64,000 nt of DNA from Trypanosoma brucei (lineage: Eukaryota): assembly GCA_000002445.1 (NCBI GenBank), contig CM000207.1, forward strand, positions 1,920,001-1,984,000. The letters are read 5' to 3'. Of this stretch, positions 41,601 to 53,100 are shown piece by piece (the stretch's first letter is position 1; every line of letters begins with the position of its first letter). The notes under the pieces are model-generated. The model did no database searches. It worked only from the letters and a program-made list of their open reading frames with translations, and was not told the origin of the DNA. Both the position numbers and the translations under genes were made by a program.

Positions 41601-41697
41601 CACTCCTAGCGGGGGGAGGGAAAGGGAAGGTGAGGAAGGGGAGGAAATTGAAATCGAAGACACGACGGCTTTGGGTGCAGATGATCGTGCACATTAA
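38629..41697 (+). CDS. Pentatricopeptide repeat (PPR) protein of about 1022 aa with a mitochondrial-type presequence
   Basis: Repeated 35-aa helical motifs of the form VTYHQAMNAYAKSGDVTKMEAMREKMKEEGFQENHITFNILFEGYGRAKR. N-terminal MKLLRRGIVRIRNVAAF... The first ATG is 38629; the ORF track start at 38557 is GTG. Confidence 0.8.
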   Translation: MKLLRRGIVRIRNVAAFPIPPALLCARRGVTSTPVSMQNARSGHFRPFSSDDEAQLAAILTTKPRHVARYVRQSVLHSRRKITHFRNSVTFLMIALQSRLQRSEISPADASALVESLMKECVELRQGDMAHLLFRASIRFRKYGMPMHYPLVKHLFDSYRSDNARDLMKNMADELRGDETLRMLAVLSYQLSGKYEEGEKLLQEIPLEKIGTEDYCALLGTYGMTSQYRRIISLTNQLLNHREAANGSRFDFDAIFSAAIIAIRGDGDMLEEVTKQALDNRAQLSDQAIGTLMRARLQRCRTASDVYEAERLLREDLGVNMLGMAAQTAVIARCSEILSKGQKVSDEIMLQKVQLLDSAVDESVANDAIDNLEPSYLTSLIKGYGVLGRFDDMKRCFNRLKEAGALHDGRLYDEMLRWYAHAYNLKEVIALKEEMQEQHIYHTAYTYQHLFRVLDKYYPRMVEKYMNEMRSKGIQIEYYMYPTLLRVFGVLQDYSIVEQLYREIKGKVAAGDVQVFSPAVAVQLLKTYQHDTSRCEVIIQEAENYGLLANEAVQAEIVQYYSMNNRHEDLNALVSRIPYKSPDIYRVLLRDTSKHRNRQGFDALLKEMRERHVSVNERTFGEVITGLGHFNDLEGVKRYFHEALTSNAVRSPLFFAVAASAFARLGDAQAVDECWNDLLQSKVTITMPVYNKFLDLYMASNNVEMVQQILNTMMKLVPPNPVTATTVVDMLGKMGRLSEMECVLEEMSRSANAAPTQVTYHQAMNAYAKSGDVTKMEAMREKMKEEGFQENHITFNILFEGYGRAKRYERVKELVEERKSKQIAMEEFGYAVLLNIYSRAHMVEETTQIVEEMVSAGVPFTSRMLATLATSFSYIGDIPKVEHYVSLLLSHRDRRQRDVESVYLMYAKMRDTVKIQELLDSEKLPKTQFIYNVCVGAFARAGEHTKVASLLTQMEERGFTLSRNTSVTLSTLLLKAGKLELAQTVLKWKGCTPSGGREREGEEGEEIEIEDTTALGADDRAH

Positions 41698-41950
41698 CAC
41701 AACTGAGCAAGGTTAAAGAGAGGAGGATGCTAACGCCACTTGCAAAATGCCACTTAACTGATCTAGTGTTGGTTGAAGTTGCAGCGTCCGATTAGCACAG
41801 GAAACTTCTTTATACATATATATGTTCTTATCGTTTTCCTTCCCCACACAAAATGGTGCTGTGTCCTCTTCTCGTATGTTGTAACCCTCGTATTCTTTTA
41901 TTTAATAATTATGTGAGGTTTCCCCGTACATCAGCAACTGTCGTTCTTTA

Positions 41951-44900
41951 ATGTTCCCTCCTTCCCTTTGTTCCTGTTCTTTACGTGCTGTCTCTAGCTC
42001 TCACACCCCTGCGCTAGGGTTGATCATATCAACTCAGTTGCGGGTAGTTGCACGCAATAAAGCCGTTGCTACCTCACAAAACACCTTAATGTCCATTGCG
42101 GTAGAAGAGAGTTCGGTTAGCACCGATGCAGCCGTTCAGCGAACAAATGATGATAGTGTCGTAAGCAAGCGGTCGGCGGTTCATAAGGGGTACTTTGATG
42201 ACCCGTATTTGCGTTTCTTTGTGAAGAAACTCTCCCGTCGATCGCCACTAATCAACCGTGGGTACTATCTACGTATGCTGGTTATCACTGACGTGATTGA
42301 GCGATGTATTCACCATTTACGTTGTTTGAAAATACGCTGCACCGTGAATACCCCTCCGTTGCCCCCAACTGGTAATGCTGTTGCACTACCCGTACAAGTG
42401 ATATCTCTTGGTGCTGGTTATGATACACTTGCCATGCGTTTGAAGCAGCGACCGGATTACGGCAACGTACACTTCTACGAGGTTGACTTCCCCGCCGTTA
42501 TGCAATCCAAGTCAATGCTTGTAAAGATGGCACCATTTGGTTCATTTCCAGAGGATATTGTGGCAGATCCCGGTGGAGAGTTAGTTAAACTTTATGGTAA
42601 CAACTACTGGGCGGTTGGTACGGATCTACGTAGCACAAATCGGGATCTTGTAACGTGCTTGAGGGAGGTATCGCCACAATTTTCCACAGACAATCCAACT
42701 GTGCTGTACGCCGAATGTGTGATGCAGTATATGCCTCCAGTTGCTGCATCACACCTCATCAAGCAAATCGCAAGTGCTTTTCCCTGCGCAATTTTTGTTG
42801 CATATGATCAGCTGCATCCATCGGACAGCTTTGGCACGGTTATGCTGTCAGCGTTACGCACGAAGAACAGTCCGCTTTTAAGTATTGGGGAGTGTCCCAG
42901 CGGTGCTGCAATGGTAAGGAGGGCAATTCAGCAAGGAATGTGCAAAGCGCGATTTGCCAACTTTCATGATCTCTCAAAATTTTATATATCGGGAGATAAT
43001 CACGATCGTGTGGAGGCACTGGAGCCGTTTGACGAGTGGGAGGAGTGGTGTGAAATGTGCGAGCACTATGGCATTACAATGGCTACCACATTATCAGATG
43101 AGGAAATGCCGGACCACTCGTGCTTTAAAGAGATAATGGAGCAGAAAGAAGAGGAATTGTGCGCAGGGTTACCTTGTAAGTCGCAGGGAAATGAGCAGAA
43201 CGCACTTAGGTTGGAAAATTGGCCCACAGGTCGGTTCGGTTTCGAGGGTTGGGGAAATGGTGGTGCAGTTGCAGAAAGGTTGTTCAGCGGAGATGTGCTT
43301 ATCATATCGTTTGGTGGGTTTTCCGTCACACGAGGTCACCAGCGGACGAATACCCTCCATGTCCATAGCTTGCGCAGTGGGGATCGCAAGGTGCTTCAGT
43401 CTTCTTTAAGTGTCGAGCCGCCGTCACTTGTGTTCCATTCAATGAGTCGTGTCTCGAGGGGAAGTTATGTGGTGTTTGGTGGTCGTACGAATCCTCAAGA
43501 TGTGGCTTCGGATGCTTATTTACTTCGACTTGAACTACCTACTGATGGATATGGCGAGGAAGCAAACATTGTGGCGACATGGAGCAAACTACAGCAAACC
43601 GCGGATGACGGCAAGTTGCCGGTTGCGCGGTATCGGCATGCTGCCACCAGTGTGACTAATAGTGGTTGTGACGAAAACACTGATATGCGTAATATTTTTG
43701 TCTTCGGTGGCCGTTGCGCTACCGGTGAGTTCTTGAATGATGCATGGCTGGGGAGTGTTGGCGACGGAATTATTCACTGGAAACTGTTGCGACTCTCTGG
43801 GGACATACCACCGCCCTGCTGCTCCAGTGGAGTAGTTGACGCTACAATGGGAAGCATCGTACTGCTAAGCGGTGGTCTTCTCCGTGGTGGCGTCAGTGAC
43901 AGTTCCTTGTGGAGTATTGACTGGGTTACTGGTGTTTGCAACAAACGGGACGCAATCGTTGGCCCACGCTTCTCCCATACGATGTGTCGAGTAAGTGTGA
44001 ATGGTGTCACAGGAGTGCTTGTCGTGGGTGGTTCCTCGACTGAACCCAGTGCGTCCTTTCAAGCAACGCAGATTTTACTTCTGGACCCGGTCTCTGGTGA
44101 GATAACTGAAGCACTGAAACTCCCACCCATGTGCCCCACGTGGACCCGCCATTCTTGTGTTGCACTCGAGGATGGCGCTGTTGGCGTACTAGGGAGCGGG
44201 TTCACATGCTTTTCATTTGGAACTTTCGCCACAAAGCCGCTACTGCTACTTTTGGGTGGGAAACGCGGTGGTCGTAATGCTCACAGCTGGGACGTATCCA
44301 AATTGGAAAGCACATCCACATCAGCTGCTGCTAATGCCTTTTCCATCTGCTGCACAGTACAAAGGCGTCCCGTTGAAGAGCAATCCCTTAGTGTGGGAAG
44401 TTTCTCGGTGTTGGTGAATCATCCTTTCAAACCAGTGGTGTTCCGCGACGTTGACATGGGCTGTTGTGTCAAGGCATGGAGTGATCCAGCGTATCTAAAT
44501 CGCGTAGAGGGGAATACACGAGTTTCTGTCCATGTCGCGCGGAATACGGAACTGCTTGATTTTGTTACGAAAAACTTTTCTTTTCAGCATGTGTCATTCA
44601 ATGAGCTTCTCGATCATTGCCTAGCTAGCTCTGCAGCACTAGCAGAAAGCGGTAACTTACCAGGGAAACTGAATGAAGAAAGAGAAACTTGGTACCTCCG
44701 CGCCGTGGCATCCAATATGAAGAGCGAGCGGGCGAACATATGGCGTGATTTCCAAGGTCTAAAGGACGATTTTGTACTACCGTCAGCAACAGTCGATCAC
44801 ATTAAGCCGCGCATGCACCAAGCCTGCTTGCGGATAAGCGCTCCGCCTCTGCAGTTGTGGACGCACTACGACACGCTTGACAACGTACTCTGCCAAATAG

Positions 44901-45388
44901 TGGGTAGAAAGCGCGTAGTACTTTTCCCTCCCAGTGAATACAACAACCTTTATATTAGCGGTAGCTCCTCAGCCGTTACCAATATCGATAAACCGGATTA
45001 CATGCGATTTCCTCGATTTATCGATGCATCTCGCCACGCTTTAGAGGTAGAAATCGGCCCAGGAGACATGCTGTTCATACCAGCACTATGGTTCCACCAT
45101 ATCACCACTCTTGAAGGAAGCTATTCGATGAGTGTTAATGTCTTCTTTGAGCGTCTCCCGCATGCGGACTATGATAAGAAGGACCTGTACGGCAACAAAG
45201 ATATTCCAGCTGCATCGCGCCTTCGCGCGGGTATAGTGAAGAAAGTAAAGGAAATGATTTCTGAAACTGCTGTCGAACGAACAAGTGATGGAAAAGCGCT
45301 GACACCAGATTTGGTGGAGTTTGCGCTGCGGCAGGCACTACAAGACTTGATGGAGGTGGCGGATGATATGTGTACTGCCCTTCGATAG
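41951..45388 (+). CDS. TYW4: TYW4 (LCMT2)-like leucine carboxyl methyltransferase domain, then Kelch repeats, then a C-terminal JmjC (TYW5-like hydroxylase) domain. Alternative ATG at 42089.
   Basis: The LCM domain aligns residue by residue with LCMT1/2: KRSAVHKGYFDDPYLRFFVKK, INRGYYLR, ISLGAGYDT, YEVDFP, LYAECVMQYM. Kelch-type FGGR repeats (VVFGGRTNP, IFVFGGRCATGEF). C-terminal cupin motif with HYD...WFHHITTLE (HxD...H). Confidence 0.75.
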   Translation: MFPPSLCSCSLRAVSSSHTPALGLIISTQLRVVARNKAVATSQNTLMSIAVEESSVSTDAAVQRTNDDSVVSKRSAVHKGYFDDPYLRFFVKKLSRRSPLINRGYYLRMLVITDVIERCIHHLRCLKIRCTVNTPPLPPTGNAVALPVQVISLGAGYDTLAMRLKQRPDYGNVHFYEVDFPAVMQSKSMLVKMAPFGSFPEDIVADPGGELVKLYGNNYWAVGTDLRSTNRDLVTCLREVSPQFSTDNPTVLYAECVMQYMPPVAASHLIKQIASAFPCAIFVAYDQLHPSDSFGTVMLSALRTKNSPLLSIGECPSGAAMVRRAIQQGMCKARFANFHDLSKFYISGDNHDRVEALEPFDEWEEWCEMCEHYGITMATTLSDEEMPDHSCFKEIMEQKEEELCAGLPCKSQGNEQNALRLENWPTGRFGFEGWGNGGAVAERLFSGDVLIISFGGFSVTRGHQRTNTLHVHSLRSGDRKVLQSSLSVEPPSLVFHSMSRVSRGSYVVFGGRTNPQDVASDAYLLRLELPTDGYGEEANIVATWSKLQQTADDGKLPVARYRHAATSVTNSGCDENTDMRNIFVFGGRCATGEFLNDAWLGSVGDGIIHWKLLRLSGDIPPPCCSSGVVDATMGSIVLLSGGLLRGGVSDSSLWSIDWVTGVCNKRDAIVGPRFSHTMCRVSVNGVTGVLVVGGSSTEPSASFQATQILLLDPVSGEITEALKLPPMCPTWTRHSCVALEDGAVGVLGSGFTCFSFGTFATKPLLLLLGGKRGGRNAHSWDVSKLESTSTSAAANAFSICCTVQRRPVEEQSLSVGSFSVLVNHPFKPVVFRDVDMGCCVKAWSDPAYLNRVEGNTRVSVHVARNTELLDFVTKNFSFQHVSFNELLDHCLASSAALAESGNLPGKLNEERETWYLRAVASNMKSERANIWRDFQGLKDDFVLPSATVDHIKPRMHQACLRISAPPLQLWTHYDTLDNVLCQIVGRKRVVLFPPSEYNNLYISGSSSAVTNIDKPDYMRFPRFIDASRHALEVEIGPGDMLFIPALWFHHITTLEGSYSMSVNVFFERLPHADYDKKDLYGNKDIPAASRLRAGIVKKVKEMISETAVERTSDGKALTPDLVEFALRQALQDLMEVADDMCTALR

Positions 45389-46512
45389 TGTCATACGCTC
45401 CGGATGGGCGATTTGACTACTTTCTCCTTCAAGCCGGCACCAGTGTCGTAGCGGCGGCACAATTTGTCGCAAAAGGCGCTCACAACGTTTATCGTACCTG
45501 TAACTATGCACTGAATTATTAATTAAAAAAAAACTCCATCTGTAACTGTCTGGTATGTTCTTTGTTTTGTGATACTGACTATACACCTACAATGGGTACT
45601 CGACCTCTTGCCAATATACTATATATATATACATATATATTCTCAACCTATCTTTTTTCCTTTCTTTTTGTTTATTCTGAACTCCCTTTCTTGTTGCTAT
45701 TCCGACGCAAACACATTTTGTCCAGTTATTCCCACAACCAAAAGCCGGGGTCTCCTCCACCGTTTTGTGGGGTGTCTTGTACAGTCCACTGGGGGCACTG
45801 AGCCTAAACTGTGCGCAACCCAGGAGAGGGCAAAAAGTGCGACAGCAGCAACAGAAAGAGCAAAAACAAGAGGGAGGGGAAAGGGAGTTTTTTTTTATTA
45901 TTTTGAGCGCCACCTAGCCGGACGGCTTTACTGATTTGTTAATACCATTTTTTTTTTAAGGAAGGAGAGGGGTGAGCCAGCAATATTAAATTATTTTAGT
46001 TGAGGAGCGACGATAACATTTTCAACAAGAAGGAGAAAGGGAAGCACAAATCTAGAAGCATTTTTCATCAGCAAAGTGCCGCAGGTGTAAAGTAAGAGGT
46101 GTAACATATCAAGGACACACAAAACTACACATTTATACAAATACATTAATACATCCTCTCCTCGATCTGCAGAGGCGTGAGGGCGAAAGAAGGGGGAGAT
46201 TTTTTTTCGTCGTTTTTCCTTCGCTCAGCTTCGCTACGTCTCAACCTCAATAGTAAGGAGACAACGGTGAGCAGTCAACCAATTGGGACGTTGAGGTGCT
46301 TAGAGCGCAGAGTGAAACAAGAAAGGGTAGAAGCGTAAAGTCGGAACAAGTGTGTTAGGTGCACACAGAAAGGAGGTGGGAAAGGGGACAATAAAATAAA
46401 AGGAGGGGGGCGGAAAACATACAATTGAGTTTCCTCTTCCCTCTATTACACGCGCGCCCTTTCCTACGTGCGTAATTGATTTAGTCTTAGCTCCGCTTAC
46501 AATCTTTTAGAA

Positions 46513-48186
46513 ATGATGATATATCCTCGCATGAGAGTGGAGGTTTCCTACTCTGCCACTCTCATGGTGTTGTGGGCGCTTCTACTAACTTTCATGTCGT
46601 GGAGAGTTAACCAATCGTCGGAGGGTATGGCTGTGCTTTTGTTGACTATCATGTCCGTTGCCACGCCGGATGGTGAAAGCCATCTTTTTCTCCCGTTATT
46701 GTTTCTGGCAGAGCGGTTACTGGGGGAAGTAATGTCGTGCAGAATGCTGCCTCACGAGTTTCATGCGTCAACGATTCTGTCGTTCATGACAACTTCCTAC
46801 TCTCATACCTTGTGGAAAAGGGACTCTCGTCCCAGAATTTTTATGTGTGGTATTCGTGATGTCATAGTGTGGCTGCTCTTAATCTTCATTGCATTTAAGG
46901 ACTGCGGCGTCACCGTTGGTGGTGGAGTTTTTGTTGTGTTTGGTTTTGTTTTCTACGTAACACTGAAGCGAATTCTTGGTGAAAGTGAGGCAATTTTGGT
47001 TGGTGGGTTGGTTGGCTTCTACGCGTTCGACGCCGTTAGTGGCTGGGGATTTAGTAGTGTCGGTGCATTCAATGCGGACGCACCTAATAAAGAGGGTTTA
47101 CATACGGTCAGTGTTATGACCAAAGCACACATTGTCAGTCGTACGGCAATAATGTGCGCTGTAGTGATGGCATCGGTGCTGTATTTTGCCTCGCGCTTCT
47201 GTCTAGTGGCCAAGTTTGATAACTCAAAATCATCTGAGCAGGTTATGAACGTGCCACGGATCACGTTTGCCTTCTGGATGTCTCTAACGATCATTGTAGC
47301 GTCGGCGTACGCGGTGGGAAGCATGGAAATAGGAGAGGATATAGCGTTGTGGCTGGTGCGATACATAACAGCCAGCAGATTTCGTATCTTAACAATTGTG
47401 TATTGGAGTATTGCCGTACCTTCGATGGTTGTAGTAGTGGATGTTTTCACCAAAGACTTGAGTAAGGTTGTAAGACGGAAGTTGTTTCACTTTCTGGCCG
47501 TTGCAGCCTTCACCCCTGCCGCTATTGCTGATCCCCAGTTCCTTTCGTTATCGTTGTCTGTTGCCACAAGCCTCTCCATATTATTGGAGTTGGGGCGCTA
47601 CTACGGAGTGAGTGGCGCTTCCTATGTAAATGCTTTTGTGGTCCATCACATCGACAGCCGTGATTCCATCAAAGGTGTCGTCCGCACGCATATTTATCTC
47701 ATTTATGGATTGGGACTTTCCATGATGCTTTACTACCGTCGTGAACGCAACGGAAAAACAGAGCATCATAATAGTTTGTTGGAGCTCTCTATCAGTGTCA
47801 TTCCCGGCCTTGTGTCGCTCGGCGTTGTTGATGCATGTGCAGGTATTGTTGGAAGCTCATTTCTTCTTTCCTACAGACGGGCACTGGGTCGATATCTTAG
47901 CAATAATGTCTACACTGAAAGAGCTAATGCAACCATTACACACAAGACAACCACGGGAACATTAGGTGGGTTTGTGTGCGGGGTTGTGTTTTGGGTTTTC
48001 GTGTTGTTTGTGTCTAACGTGGAACAGCACGGCCAAGCGGCCATGTCTCTTGTTCTCGTTGTTGTGTGTAGCGTTGCGGAGTGCTTTACAGATGGTATTG
48101 ACAACTTGCAGCTTCCTTTAGCATTGTATGGGGCTGTGACGACATTATTCGCGTTTTCAGGGTGGGGTGAAGATAGTTGTGCTTAG
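46513..48186 (+). CDS. Dolichol kinase (SEC59/DOLK family), polytopic membrane protein
   Basis: C-terminal CTP-binding block KTTTGTLGG and DGIDNLQLPLALYG match DOLK KTFEGT and TTQIDNLLLPLYLL. There are more than 10 hydrophobic segments. The length of 557 aa is similar to human DOLK. Confidence 0.78.
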   Translation: MMIYPRMRVEVSYSATLMVLWALLLTFMSWRVNQSSEGMAVLLLTIMSVATPDGESHLFLPLLFLAERLLGEVMSCRMLPHEFHASTILSFMTTSYSHTLWKRDSRPRIFMCGIRDVIVWLLLIFIAFKDCGVTVGGGVFVVFGFVFYVTLKRILGESEAILVGGLVGFYAFDAVSGWGFSSVGAFNADAPNKEGLHTVSVMTKAHIVSRTAIMCAVVMASVLYFASRFCLVAKFDNSKSSEQVMNVPRITFAFWMSLTIIVASAYAVGSMEIGEDIALWLVRYITASRFRILTIVYWSIAVPSMVVVVDVFTKDLSKVVRRKLFHFLAVAAFTPAAIADPQFLSLSLSVATSLSILLELGRYYGVSGASYVNAFVVHHIDSRDSIKGVVRTHIYLIYGLGLSMMLYYRRERNGKTEHHNSLLELSISVIPGLVSLGVVDACAGIVGSSFLLSYRRALGRYLSNNVYTERANATITHKTTTGTLGGFVCGVVFWVFVLFVSNVEQHGQAAMSLVLVVVCSVAECFTDGIDNLQLPLALYGAVTTLFAFSGWGEDSCA

Positions 48187-48290
48187 TTGGTTCATCAGTT
48201 CGTAGGGAATTAAGAAACGTGAATTGACACAGTATAGGGAAACGGGCTAATCGAAAGAAGGTAGATAAAAGAAAAACAAAAGAAACCAAG

Positions 48291-48312
48291 CACACACACA
48301 CACACACACACA
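48291..48312. repeat. (CA)11 microsatellite
   Basis: cacacacacacacacacacaca. Confidence 0.9.
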
Positions 48313-50152
48313 TACACTCATGCACTCATACGTACATAAAAAGAGTATGGAAAAGGGAAGAGGGAGCTGAAAGCGCAAATGATGATACACCTGGAGAGAT
48401 ACGGAATAAGATGATGTGGGAGATCGTGAACATTTTTGTGACATACCGAATGTGCGGGGTTGAGGAGCGAAGCAAAAGGAAAAGCCGGAGGGTGGAGAAA
48501 AGGAGGAAGAAAGGGAGCAAAGGAGGAATTAAGGAACGCGGAAAAGAGGAGATGAATTTAGATATGCATAATCCGTGGCTGTAAGGTAAGCTGTCTGTAG
48601 ATTTCATGGGACTCCCAACCCCAATTACCTTGCCCCCTTCATCACGAATCTGCTTTTTACATATGTTTTTGGTTGCACGCCTTTTATAGTTGCTGATGTT
48701 AGTGGTGATGGGGAGTCATGTGGTTTATGACCTCTTGCACTCTTTGTTGTTGTTATATATATATATATATATCGTTGCTTTTTGTCACGACGAAAGTGTG
48801 ACTTTTTTTTTTTTGGTGCGTGTCGTCGGTGTGTGTGTGTATTGGCGCATTGCGTCGACAGACTGTGCGCATTGGTATAAGAGGGCAACTTTAATGATTA
48901 TTATATCTATCTGCCATACAACATTTTTTTTGTTAAAGGATACTTTTTTTAAAAAAAAGAAGAGTGTGCAATTAACTAAAGAGTGATGGTGGTCAAAAAG
49001 ATGTTGCGGATACTGGGTGTGAGGGGGGGGGGGAATATAAAGGAAAAAACACGTACGGGCGATATAATAATAAAATTTATATTAATGGTTTAATAAATTA
49101 TAAATATGTTTAAATTTACTTGTATGCGTTTATATTTGAATGTGCATCTGCAATGCATCCATCCCCATAAGGGGGGGAAAGGAGGGAAACTGTGTTGAAG
49201 GAAAGAAAAGACGTGAGGGGAAACGAAACGAAAAAAAAAGAGGGTTAAGAGCATGGAGAGAAATGTCCGCTTCTTCGTAAAAATTTGAAGACACAAAAGC
49301 AAAGATAAAAAAGAAAAAGAAGAGAAGAAGGACGGAAGCTGGTACTAGAGGATTATATATTCCCCCACTAGTCAAGTGAGTCACTTTCATAGTGCATTCC
49401 CCTTTCATTCGGTCTTTCGCTTGTGTTTTTTTGTATTTCCTCCTCGGTATTTAACAAAAAAAAACTTTCCCTCATTTCGTTCTTTGTTTCCTTTAAAGTT
49501 TCAAGGCACTTCTTCTTGGGTCGCATACTTGAGTTGGCACTTTCCGTGATTTTTTTCTTATTTGCCCCTCCACCGCCACAGCATCCTAACACCTTGTATT
49601 TATTATGAAATATACGAACGTATTCGTTTATTTAACTTGTTGAGAGTCGTTTTTCACCCCCTGTTCTGCTATGTTTTCCCCCTTTTGTCCCCATACCTAC
49701 TCGATTTTTCCCTCGGAGGCACGCGCTATACCCTTCGTGCAAGAGAGCGCTGTATTTTAACATGATGAGTATACCCTCTATTTATAAACACGTGTCACAT
49801 TTGTGTTGTTGTTTTCTTACTCAATATAAACTACTTATGTATATGTAATTGCTCCATCTTTTTTCCACTTCTTTTCTTGTTTTTCTTTTGCATTATCAAC
49901 AATACGTCCCGTTTCCTTTATTACACCACAAAATCATTTCGCCAGACACACTGTTAATAATAGTATCAATAACTTTAATTAGAAGTGGTAAGGGTACTTG
50001 TATATTGCTCTGTTCCTGTTTGTTATTGACCTTTCATTTTCCCTCCTTTTCCGCGGGTAGAGAAGGAACTCACATCTTGACAAACACCAGTGCGCCGCTA
50101 CGCGAATATTGACAGTGCGAACATAGGGGGGGGGAAGAAATATCGAAGAGAA

Positions 50153-53100
50153 ATGGACGGCTGCGTCAACTACAGTGCAGCGGGCGGTAGTAATGAGGCG
50201 GGGAGGGTGCATTCGTCCCGGTTTCAAAATGTAAGAAGAGTGGTGAGTAGCGATGTGAATGTGACAAGCATCGGAGGTCTCCCCGCCATTCAAAATGCAT
50301 CCGGGCAGAGGGAAACCCCCTCACAAAACCCATTGTCGCTGAACGCATCGGAGAGTAAAGCAAGGGCAAACCGAATTATGATACAAGAACGCTGGCGAAG
50401 TGTCCTCCTAGAGTACGAAGTAGGTCTAAAGGAGCTGGTAACGAACAGCATGGAGGAACCACCGAGCGCCATACGCACCATGAAAACGTTTCAGCTGTAC
50501 GACTCCGTCACCCGCGCGGTTGCGCAGCAATCGCCTGAGTTCGGTAACATGCTGAGAATGTTTCGCATGGAATTTTGTCGGGCGATATTTACTCAACCCA
50601 CCCTCACTGCCAGTTATCTTCATCCGGAGGACGAAGGTTCCGGGCAGAGTGAGGAGCTGGGTGCGACATATTTTGATCAAACGGAGATGCTGCTACGCGA
50701 GAATGCCGCATTGCGTCTCGAAGTAAACCTTGGAAACACACGAGACAATCTGGCAAGACTAAGACAGGAACTTGAAAATTTTAGAGAAGCAGTAACGTAC
50801 TATGAAAATGAAGTAAGTCGCCTTGAGAGGGAGAATGAGCGATATGCAGCAAGCTATGTGACCGCGAGGGATGAGTTGACGAGCGAGCGGGAGAAGAATA
50901 GGAAAATCAAGAACGAATTCGATGACGTGCGGCTGCGGCTGTTGCAAGAAAATAAGGACCTCCACTTGCGTATTTGCAGGCTGCGGAAGTGTCTCAGTGA
51001 TAACGAATCTGTATTCGTGAAGGATGCGTACAAGGTAATAAAAGATAAGCGAATGACCCTGCTCCAAGGATTATTTGAACAGGGCGATGAGCGAGTTGTG
51101 CTTTTGGTGATGCTTAGCCAGTTGGAGAGTCGTATGAACGAACTGCTTGACCAATACGATAGGGACGTCTTGTTTGGCGATTATGCCGGAGAGTACGAAC
51201 AGTGTAGGCGAACACTTGGTGTCGTTGCTCTGTTAATAGAGGAGATGCACTTGTGTGAGCAACGGTATATGCAATTACTCCCACGTGATGGGAAATTAAT
51301 AAATGACGAACAGGATGAGACGGATGTATTCGCCTCCCTCCTGAGCGACCCTCGCATGTACGAGGCACTGGTGGCCAGGTTGTGTATTCGGCAGGGTGGA
51401 AGCTCTAAGACTACACCGCAACTTTTGAAATTGGTAGACGATGCTCTTCCTGACGGTCCAGAGGTTAGGATGTCCCTTGCTGTGTATAAAGGGGCGCAAA
51501 CAACAAGTCCAGCAGAATCCAACACGCAAAATAGTGTTTCGGCAGTGAGGGAGATGGATGACACTGTAGCGCAGGTACCCGCCCCAAGCAGGAAGGTATC
51601 AATTCTTTATAGCCACGATGGTAATCCCGACACTTCCTCAAATACAATTCCTAATGATTCGTTTTGTCATCTGCGCACAGCATCGTCACCAGATGACTCG
51701 GAAGAGGCGGCGAAGAGAAAATCTGAAGGAGAGGCTGGGGAACCGCAAAAACCACCGATTATCCAAAAGTTGGGGGGGAAGAAATTTCCTTTGGAGATGC
51801 CCCAATCATTCGTGGATCTTCCTGAAGAAATGTTCGAAGAGGCCAAGCGAAAGCAAGAAGAGTGGGTGGCGAATATCCTTCTGACGAGTGACGAAGGCGA
51901 TCAACTGCTCCAGCGCGTGAAGGCTGGCGGCGCCTCTAGCAGCCACTTGACGAAAGGAGAGCAGCTCATGCGGCACTTTCTTATGAAACCGATGTTGGAT
52001 GTGAGCGCCAATAAGTTTCACTGTGGAATCGACGTCTTTACCGGTCCTGCACAGCATACACAAGCTCTTCTGTGTTCTGTCAATCATGTGGACCCTGTTG
52101 AACCATTTGCTGTACCTCAGGGGACGCGCTTCATGCATATAAAGTATCGCAATGTACTGCGAGAAGAGGCAGTTGTTAAAGGAGATGATTCCTCAAACAA
52201 TCTATCCGTGTCGGAGGCTCTTGAGGAATGGGGTGGTAAGACGATATTTACACGTGTCGATTGCGCCCACGAGCAAAATAAGAATGAAGTGGCCGAAATG
52301 TTGAGTAAGTCACATTTGTTTGGTGAACTCAAGCCATCCAACTACTCAAAAAGCCTCCTGAAAGGTGTTATGGCATCTTCTTCAACATCACCCGCAACTG
52401 CAGTGTTTTTACGCCTTAACCCTCTTTCACCTAACCGGTCGCCAGAGTGGTTGCTTTACCAGAATATGTTTGGCGGCTATAGGCCGATTACTCCGAGACT
52501 CATTGATGTGTCTACTATCGGGCACATTTTACTAAACTCGTGCGAACGCCACTTTCAACGGGCGGAAGAGCGGTACCTCCGGTGCCTAGAGCAAACTAAA
52601 ACTCGAGCAACTAATAGTGAAATGGTACGTATGCTGGTTGAGTCAGTCTTCAGGGAGTCGTATGTTTTGACGGAATTCCAAGAGTCATTTGTAAAGGAAC
52701 TAGAGTCTCGTTATTGCTACCCAGAACTCGTGGCGAAGACCATGTACGAAATTTTGTGTTACTTTGATGCAACGATGGCGGCACAGCCACTGGTGGATCT
52801 CTACCTTAGCTGCATTCGGGGTTTCGAGTCCCCTACACGTATTCATTACATCACGTACGTAATGCACCAGATATCGGCCAACTGGCCTTCCTCCAACCCA
52901 GAGGAAGCAATAGAAAAGGAGGACGTACTCACATTACTTGAACATGTATATAAGAGAGCTTCCGGTGTGATAAGTATGGGCCCCAGTGAAATCATCTCTG
53001 AGTACCAACTAGCCACACACTCTGCTCCAATTACACTCAACGCACTCCGTGGTTACCTGGTGACTATCATGCTTCATTATGAAGATCCATTGTCACTTTA

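Noticed and set aside
48086-49592. Several minus-strand ORFs of 65-93 aa between dolichol kinase and the coiled-coil gene
   Set aside because: They derive from (CA)n, (TA)n and polypurine runs. They are low-complexity and lie on the non-coding strand of a unidirectional unit.
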